Assembly: GCA_951406725.2 (NCBI GenBank)
Contig: OX597830.1
Location: forward strand, 42,532,001-42,596,000
Direction: 5' to 3'
Source of the DNA: Octopus vulgaris
Lineage: Eukaryota
Length of the DNA: 64,000 bases
How positions within the stretch are numbered: position 1 is the stretch's first letter; each line of letters starts with the position of its first letter. The position numbers and the translations under genes were made by a program. Positions 55,661 through 64,000 of the stretch are shown piece by piece. The notes beneath the pieces were generated by a model, which did not search any database, was not told where the DNA came from, and saw only the letters and a list, made by a program, of their open reading frames with translations.

Positions 55661-57279
55661 TTTTCCCAGCTGGTTTTTTTTCCAAGGATTAGTGTTCTAT
55701 CTGTTTTGTCTACTTTCTAAAACTTTACCCTTTACTTAGTTAACTTGAAGCCTTTTGATTCCTTTTGAATACATACATTCATACACACACACACACTTAT
55801 GCACACACATATATACACACATACATGCAGAAGCATGTGTGTTTGTGTATGCATGCATGTGTGTGTATATGTGTGTTAAAGGGTTATATTGGTTGCCATT
55901 CTCAATCAATTATTAATTTGTTGAAATTTCCTTCTTAGCTGGAGAAAGAAAACAAAAACCTAGTGTCAGCTGTCAACAACTCTCAAAGTAAAGAGTAAAT
56001 AATTTCAAGAAATTAAATGCCAATTTTGATAGCATATAAGATGCATTTTTTCACCAAAAACATGTCACCCTGGGTCCTATATGTGAAGTTGGCCGCTAAA
56101 ACCTTTTTTTTTATCTGGATATGTATTCCTGAAATTGAAGTGTGTCTAATATACCTGTACATATTTTTATGCCTTCAAATACAGTAGTAATTAGAGAAAG
56201 GACAGTCTGATGTTTGCTTGTGAGTAGGAGACAATAATGGTCATAAGTTTCAGTCTATTAGACTTCATCAGAATAGCATAGTTTAACCAAATCTGCAAAT
56301 CAGTGGATAGGATTTTACACATTGTAAAAGATCTATATATATTTTGGGGTCAAGAGTAATTTATGTAATTATTAATTAAAGGAATGTACCAAAATACCAC
56401 AAAAATGTTTAATCTGATGTTCTGCTGTTTCTGCCATTCAGTAAATCAAACCAGTACATTTTTGATACTTATTTCGTCATTCCCTGGAAAGATAAAAAAA
56501 AAATGTGAAAATGAAGTGCCAAAGGAATTTAAACACAGAACATAAATAGATATAATTCTGACTTTTTTCAGCTATCCACCTCTCAAGTTATTTGTGATTT
56601 TTCATAGGTACAAGGCCAGAAATTTACTGGAGAGGGTTAATCATCCATCATTTTAAATCCAAGTTTTGTCCCTGTTAACAGGGGTGACCAGACCTACCTC
56701 AATGTCATAGCAACCACCCTCACACCATCTCGCTATCTTGCTCAGTTTTGGGTATCCTCTCTTCTCAAGCCAACCTTCCCAATCTCTTCCTCCACCTGAC
56801 CTCTCCACATTAAATCAATTAAATCAATCCTAATACTTGACTGGTACTTATTTGATTAACCTCCAGAAGAATGAAAAGCAAAGTTGACCTTGGTAAAATT
56901 TGAACTCAAAATGCAAAGAGCTAAACCATATACCACAAAGCATTAACCATTCTGCCAATCCAACACCCTTAAACCGGGATGTTAATGTCAATACTTATCA
57001 TTTTATCAACCTCTGCTGCTTCTTTAATCAATGACCAACCTTTTCCTTTCTAAAGATCTTTATTGCTCCCTTTTCTATCCTCTTGTGTTTTATCCTATGT
57101 AATAGGTAAGTACTTTTGATTATCATTGCTGTTTTTCTTTACATTCTACCTAGCGTACATTCTATCCCTCTTTTACCCTTTTCCAATGAGTTGTGGTAAC
57201 TCTGGGCACTCAGTCCTCTACCAGTTAAATAATCTGATCAGAGGAAGCTTCACTTTCGTGGTCTAAAGAAGACTAATAA

Positions 57280-57664
57280 TCTCTCTCTATATAAACGGCA
57301 GTTTGTCTGTCTGCGTGTCTGTGTGTCTGTTAGGTTATACCCTCACCCTGACCATGGCTTTCAACCGATTCTGATGAAACTTGACACACACATAGCCCAA
57401 TGTCATAATTCAAAACTAACGCAGCGAAAATTTTGAAAAGTTCCCCCAGTTCTGAAAAAAATCGATAAATTCGACATGGGGTCGAGAATCAGAAATACAA
57501 ACCACAGACTGTCTAGGGGACACAACTCGACCTTTTTAGCTCTCAAAAAAAATTTACCATAATTTTTTTCCCTATTTTTTTGCTATTTTTTTGCTATAAC
57601 TCTCTAAAAATGCTTTATAGTTATTTCCCTTACAAACCCGAGCAACGCCGGGCGATACTGCTAG
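57280..57664 (+). mobile_element. non-autonomous Helitron
   Basis: A|TCTCTCTCTATATAAACGGCAGTTTGTCTGTCTG start, CCCGAGCAACGCCGGG hairpin, CTAG|T end; no TSD. Confidence 0.85.
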
Positions 57665-58049
57665 TAGCAGATAAAAACAGCAATGTTTGAAGAGAAACTC
57701 TGATGCCAATGAAAATTAATTGGCTGGTCTACTCCAGAAGACTTTCAGAGTAGAGCCCATGGATAATTTCCAGAATTCTTTGACCTAGCAGTGTTACTGA
57801 AAGATGATGGGGTATTGCCAGTTTGCAATAACCTCTACAGTCATGGAAGTGCCATCAACTGGGCTCTCTGAGATGCACAGAAAGTAACAAAACTGTTCTG
57901 CATGCACTCGTCCAGTGGCTGAGCATTGCTGACTTGTAGAGCTATGTTGAACAGCTGTGTCAAATGTAGGACAGATTCAGACATCAGCTGAGTCCATCAT
58001 AAGAACATCCCACCACTTACACACATACACACATATGTGCATACATACA

Positions 58050-58081
<32 letters not shown>

Positions 58082-58223
58082 CATACATACATACATACAT
58101 ACATACATGGTTCCAGGTTCAGTCCCATTGCATGGCACCTTGGGCAAATCTCTTTTACTGTAGCCTTGGGTTTACCAAAGCCTTGTGAGTGGATTTGGTA
58201 GATGGAAACTGAAAGAAGCTCAT

Positions 58224-58298
<75 letters not shown>

Positions 58299-59164
58299 CT
58301 GTGTATGTATGTGTGTTTGTGTGTCTGTGTTTGCACTCCCACTATCGCTTGACAACCGATGTTGGTGTGTTTACATCTCTGTAACTTAGCGATTCAGCAA
58401 AAGGGACTAATAGAATAAGTACTAAGCTTACAAAGAATAAGTCCTTGGGTCGATTTTTTTGATTAAAGGTGGTGTTCCAGCATGGTTGCAGTCAAATGAC
58501 TGAAACAAATAAAAGAATATATATACAAAATATAGGGGTTTAGTTCACAGGTGATCTAAATGACTAGGTACACTAGGTAAGAGCCATAACAGATTACTAG
58601 GGCGCCAAAGTTATAGCCGAGATGGTAGTTATGGAGCCATTGCAGATTTCCAAAATTGCTGATATATAATTGTTAAAGAGGACAACAAATGTTAATAATT
58701 ATGTATATGACTTGAGATGTTTACCTTGCCTTAACGTTTGTTGTCCTTTTAAACAATTATATACACATATATATATATTACAATTGTTTGTTTGTATTCC
58801 ACCTGCCTTCGTCTTTGTTTATTTCCGTAAACCTGCCTTCGTCTTTTGTCTATTTTCATAAAGCTTCCCGTTATATATATATATATAATATATCATTTTT
58901 TATCTAGTTTCAGCTCACGAGCTGTGGCCATGCTGGAACATATATATATATATATTTATTACACACATGTGAGTGAGAACACTTTGAGATATTTTTGGTA
59001 TCTAACATATGTCAGATACTGCGAGCGCTGCTTCTGATTGGTCAGTCCATGGTGATGACCTGAGGTCACGGTGACGGCACTACTTTTGTCATTCATAAGT
59101 TACAACTAAACTTCATTCATTACTTTCATGAGCAGGTAGAATGTAGCCATGTAATTAAACAAAC

Positions 59165-59521
59165 ATTGACCAGAACATTCCTCCAACTGAAATCATGCAG
59201 ATATCTGGACATCATAATGTGCAAAGCATCAATAGTTACAGCAATATTTCCATGGATCGTCATCGTGCCATCAGTAACATCCTTAGTAGCAACAATGACC
59301 AGCCTGGTTCGCTTGTACTTCCGTCACACACAGCAGCAGCGAGTGCGAGTGATCTCCCCTCCACCGTCAACATTATGTCGAGTCAATCTCGGACCGTTGT
59401 CACTTGCTTTGGTTCAGTGCACTCCATTTTCTTGGCTCCAATATATGGGGGCACAATCAATGTGAACTTCTTTGGTTCAGATGCAAAGCGACCTCGTCTC
59501 ACAGATAATAAGGACTGTTAA
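59165..59521 (+). pseudogene. C-terminal fragment of a Crypton-type tyrosine recombinase
   Basis: IDQNIPPTEIMQISGHHNVQSINSYSNISMDRHRAISNILS fits YR box II (I...sGH...S...Y; His ~59210, nucleophile Tyr ~59237); in-frame TAA at 59156 marks loss of the N-terminal part. Confidence 0.75.
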
Positions 59522-59873
59522 GTTTTACTGGACTGCATGGACTGTTGTGCTCTACTCTGACTGACATTGCTACTCGAAAACAGGTTTGAGTATTATTAAA
59601 GTTATTGAAGATTCAATCTGTGTTATGTATTTCTTGAACGTGAACTTGAATGTTAACAAAATGTTAAACAGTCATCAGTTATCAGTCATTTCACCTGAAA
59701 ACTTAGCGCTATAAAGTCGGACTATCTTCCTGCGGCATGACATCTTTTACAGTTACACATTGTGACGTCACTGACGTGAAATCAAGCTGTATTCATGCGC
59801 GCTTCAACATGATGTGAAGAATTTAGTTATTGGGTTAATAAAATATGGTCGTTTATTCGTGTGTAATAAATAA

Positions 59874-60017
59874 AATACCAAACTCATTCCCTATGGATAC
59901 TGTATTTATTACAACTCGTGGCTTGTAAACGTATCTAACTCGCTTTCGCTCGTTAGATACGTTTACAAGCCACTCGTTGTAATAAATACGGTATCCATAG
60001 GGAACTCGTTTGGTATT
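59874..60017. repeat. 144-bp near-perfect palindrome (66-bp arms)
   Basis: Arms 59874-59939 and 59952-60017; centre TCGCTTTCGCTC. Confidence 0.97.
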
Positions 60018-60524
60018 CTCTATATATTATATATATATATGATATATCTTTAGGCTCTGAGCAAATGGTCTATTCTATTTGAAAAACCTGCCTAGACACA
60101 TGTCTTCACAGCAAGAAACTGTTAGTAGCTCTAATCTTTATACTGTGTATATTAAATGATATTTATCTCTCACTGGTTGGAGTCCCTTGTTTTTTTTTTT
60201 TATGTTGTCCTTACCTTGATGGTGATGGCTGTAAATAAGCATCCCCATCATACAAGTGGTGTTGTTTGCTTCCACTCTTCCATAAAAAAAAACATGTCCT
60301 GTTGTGGGATAATATTACTGTGTTTGGAAACAAGGGTGACTTGGCAACAGGAAGGGAATCCAGCCATAGAAAATCTGCCACAATGAAATCTGCCTGACCC
60401 ATGCAAGAACAGAAAGGAGGATGCGAAACCAATGCTAATGATGATGATGACGATGATAATGGTGGTGGTGCTGGTGGTGATGATGATGATATGTATGTAT
60501 GTGTATGCATTCGAATGAGCATCA

Positions 60525-60557
<33 letters not shown>

Positions 60558-61209
60558 TAATATTCATTTAAATATTCATACATAGTTTGTGTGTCTTTGT
60601 TTTTGTGTGTATGCATACATACAAATATCTATGCATACAGTTAATGTATGTGCAAATACATCTCTTTCACAGTCTGTGTGTATGTGTGTGTGTGTGTATA
60701 GCTGTGTGCATGTGTGAGTGTGCGTACATGTGTGTATATGTATGCACACAAGTATGTGTGTGTTTATGTATTCTGTACACAATAAAGCCATCATAAAAGA
60801 TTTCTTTATAAGTGCACACACATAACACATATATGACACACACACACACACACACACACGCATACACATACACAAACGCATCTTCACACACACACACACA
60901 CAATGCTACTGTTAACTAGTGTAAGAAAAGAAGAAAATCAGAAAATGGGGAATACAAAACAACATCAACAACAACAACTGTAATAACACAATAAATAAAT
61001 ATAAAAAATCGCAGAATAAAAAAAAATACAGATAAATCTTTTAATGCAATAAAAAAGAAAATGTCTTATGGAAGGACATACAGAGAAGAAGAAAAATGAT
61101 TGCGAAAAAAGTATTCCACAGAAAGCCATGTTGAGCGTCTGTCTTAGATAAGAAGCGCCATTTTCTTTCTGAATCCTTTACCACTCGGGGAAAAAGTCTA
61201 AAACAATCA

Positions 61210-61257
<48 letters not shown>

Positions 61258-61425
61258 TACATATATACATATATACATATATACATATATACAAGTATGT
61301 GGGTGGATGTGTAACAACCACAATAATAATAATAATAATAATAATGATAATAATAATAATAATAAAGGTGATGTAAAAATAACAATAATACAATGCAGTT
61401 TTTTGTTTTATATTATTGTACTTGT

Positions 61426-61462
<37 letters not shown>

Positions 61463-62372
61463 TTTTTCTTTTAGTACAGGTTAACTGAATTCTTCAGAGG
61501 GTACATATATTGATCTATGATACTCAGGATATGTATAGATTGAATGATAAGTAAAAGTAGGACGTGCAGAATGACAATGCATGTGCACATGCATGTAGCT
61601 ACATGCTGCTGTTGCATGTGTGTGTGTGTGTGCATGCACATGTGTGTGTGTGTAGAGGTATTGGTGCACAGAATAATGACAGAGTTGAAATGTCATATAA
61701 GTGAATGGTATATTGGTATATGCACAAATAAATGCATGCATACATACATTCATACATATATACATACATACACACACACATACATATATACGTGTATATA
61801 CCTACATATATATATATTATATTCATACAGGTATATATTCACACATATATGCATATTATATATATATATATATATATTCATATACATATACATACTTATA
61901 TACATGCATACACACACACACACACATATATATACAAATATACATGCATATATATATACACACACACACACATACATAAATATGAATGAATATATACACG
62001 TGTATGCATGTATAAGCTTTAAGCTTTCAAAAATGACATACATTTGAAATGACATTCGATTATATATACTCATACATATAGACAGACTAATACATGTGTA
62101 GGGAAAAATACATGCGTATTTTCCAGTCATCCACAAACAAATGAAATTACATACAAATGAATATACACATCATTATACAAGAAGAAAAATAATGAAATGT
62201 TTCCTCTAACCTTGAAGGACTTTTAATGGAGTAGAGCTTAATTCTTAACTTCATGGTGTTAAGCTGATAATAGATAAACCTCCACCTGGATATGACACTA
62301 GTCCATTTGAGATTATCTGGTATTTCTTTCCAACAGATAGATGAACTCCTAGGGTTTATGTGAATGGTTTAA

Positions 62373-63279
62373 CCTTTCATGTTCTATATTTCTGTTGAAA
62401 TACACTTGACTTTGTTTCCATTAATTTTGGAAATAATGAAGAATTTAGTAAAACAACTTGCTCATTATTATTTAAAGGTGGTGAAAAGCAGTGAGCTGGC
62501 AGAATCATTAGCATACCGGGTGAAATGCTTAGCAGTATTTCACCCGTCGCTACTTTCTGAGTTCAAATTCCACCGAGGTCAACTTTGCCTTTTATCCTTT
62601 TGGGGTTGATGTAATGGATTATTCCCCTCCCCCAAAGTTTCAGGCCTTGTGCCTATAGTACAAAAGCTTATTAAGCTGGTGTTTAAAACACAGATTAATT
62701 CAACATAATTAATTCAACATAGATTATCTAATGGCAGTGAAAGGCGGTGAGCTGGCAGAATCGTTAGCACGCTGGGCAAAATGCTTAGAGGTATTTCGTC
62801 TGTCACTACATTCTGAGTTCAAATTCTGCCTAGGTCAACATTGCCTTTCATCCTTTTGGGGGTTGATTTAATAAGTACCAGTTATACACAGGGATTGATT
62901 TAATCAACTTAATCCCCTCCCACAAGCTGCCCTTGTGGCAAAAATTTGAAATCATTATTTAAAGGCAACGAGCTGGCAGAATTGTTAGCTCACTGAACAA
63001 TATGCTTCATGCCATTTTGTTCATTTTCAAGTTCAGAGTTCAAGTTCCACTAAAGTCAGTTTTGACTTTTTCCTTTCTGGGGCTGGTATGATAAGTACCA
63101 TTTGAATACTGAGGCCAAACAATTGACTAGCCCCCTCCCCTAATATTTCAGGCCTTGTGCCTACAGTACAAAAGCTTATTAAGCTGGTGTTTAAAACATA
63201 GATTAATTCAAAATTTTGATGGAGGAAGATTTTAATTTAGATAATTTAGGTGATCTTTGGTGAGTTGATATCAAAAGGG
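62373..63279. mobile_element. old piggyBac-like MITE interrupted by three family B SINEs (~62487, 62742, 62963)
   Basis: TTAA|CCTTT ... AAAAGGG|TTAA ends (degenerate); the SINE heads GAGCTGGCAGAAT..TTAGC with B box GAGTTCAA.TTC are clear, the MITE call is weak. Confidence 0.5.
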
Positions 63280-63730
63280 TTAAATACAAAATGGAAACTT
63301 ATACTACATTTGGATACAAGATCAAGCTAGCTATTGGTTCAGTGGATTACTTTCTCGGGCAATTTCCCAGAAGAACAAAGGCCATAGAAATAATAACAGA
63401 GGATGGCATAAATGATATACAATTCTAAGACAGAAATTGTGTGGATGATGTTGGATGGACTATAACTTGAACTTAAATGTCCAGGTTTGTGATGCGCTGT
63501 GTTGTGTTGAATTAGCATAGGAACTACATTACAGGTATATGTGCCTGTGGAATACACAGCCACTGGCAAGTTCATTTAACTAGCTAAAAATTCTGTTCAA
63601 ATAACAACTGAATGTGTTTAGTCAAAACCAGCAAAGGATCCAACATAATTTGGAAAAGTTACAAAATAATGTGCAAATGTTACGTATTCATAAATTCACT
63701 AGCACAGAAGCACATATACATGCACACACT

Positions 63731-63786
<56 letters not shown>

Positions 63787-63837
63787 CATCCTTGTACATA
63801 AAATTGCATCCCACTTATTTACAGAAACTAATATATA

Positions 63838-64000
63838 CGTAGTCTGATCAATAAGTATCCAGACTGTTGCCATGGTAACGAAGCTAAAGCATGCAGAGTG
63901 AAGCCACTCAGCATAGATTGACCTTGAACTCTGCTGTGTATGTGCACTAAGTTTTAACATTCTAGCTCACTTCCGCTGTTTACAGCAGTACTTGGACGGA
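63838..64000. mobile_element. end of another copy of the mariner family at 50287-51159
   Basis: TA|CGTAGTCTGATCAATAAGTATCCAGACTG...CTGTTTACAGCAGT matches 50287-50440; runs off the window. Confidence 0.85.

Larger units (their letters stand above)
58953..60020 (+). mobile_element. internally deleted Crypton-like (tyrosine recombinase) DNA element
   Basis: 14-bp inverted repeat TATTTATTACACAC (58953) / GTGTGTAATAAATA (59859), recombinase C-terminal fragment, terminal 144-bp hairpin, (TA)n on both sides, CpG-rich relative to flanks. Confidence 0.75.

Overview
Eukaryotic, AT-rich, extremely microsatellite-dense genomic DNA. I found no host protein-coding exon I can support. The repeat make-up (tRNA-headed SINEs, RTE and CR1-group LINE ends, dense (TA)n/(TG)n/(TATG)n) looks like a cephalopod (Octopus) intron or intergenic region; this is inferred from recall of these repeat families. 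Almost all ORFs in the track are microsatellite read-throughs. Real content: (1) a ~10-11 kb block present twice (9960-21189 and 21290-31326), ending exactly at the two edges of a 100-N gap and probably two haplotypes; the copies differ by a young CR1-group LINE plus an inversion/inverted duplication and by a 109-bp tandem duplication; (2) decayed DNA transposons (Tigger/pogo, DD37D maT, mariner, mariner-derived palindromic MITEs, Helitrons, a large fold-back element); (3) a ~1.07-kb Crypton-like tyrosine-recombinase element ending in a 144-bp hairpin that pairs fully on one strand only (three tandem G.A mismatches plus a GCGAAAGC cap); (4) Penelope-like fragments carrying hammerhead ribozyme motifs, one with a complete core and one family with a G3-C8 swapped core; (5) a 3' stem-loop shared, with compensatory changes, between the LINE and the local SINEs. 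All alignments and coordinates were read by eye; family names come from motif recall, not database searches.
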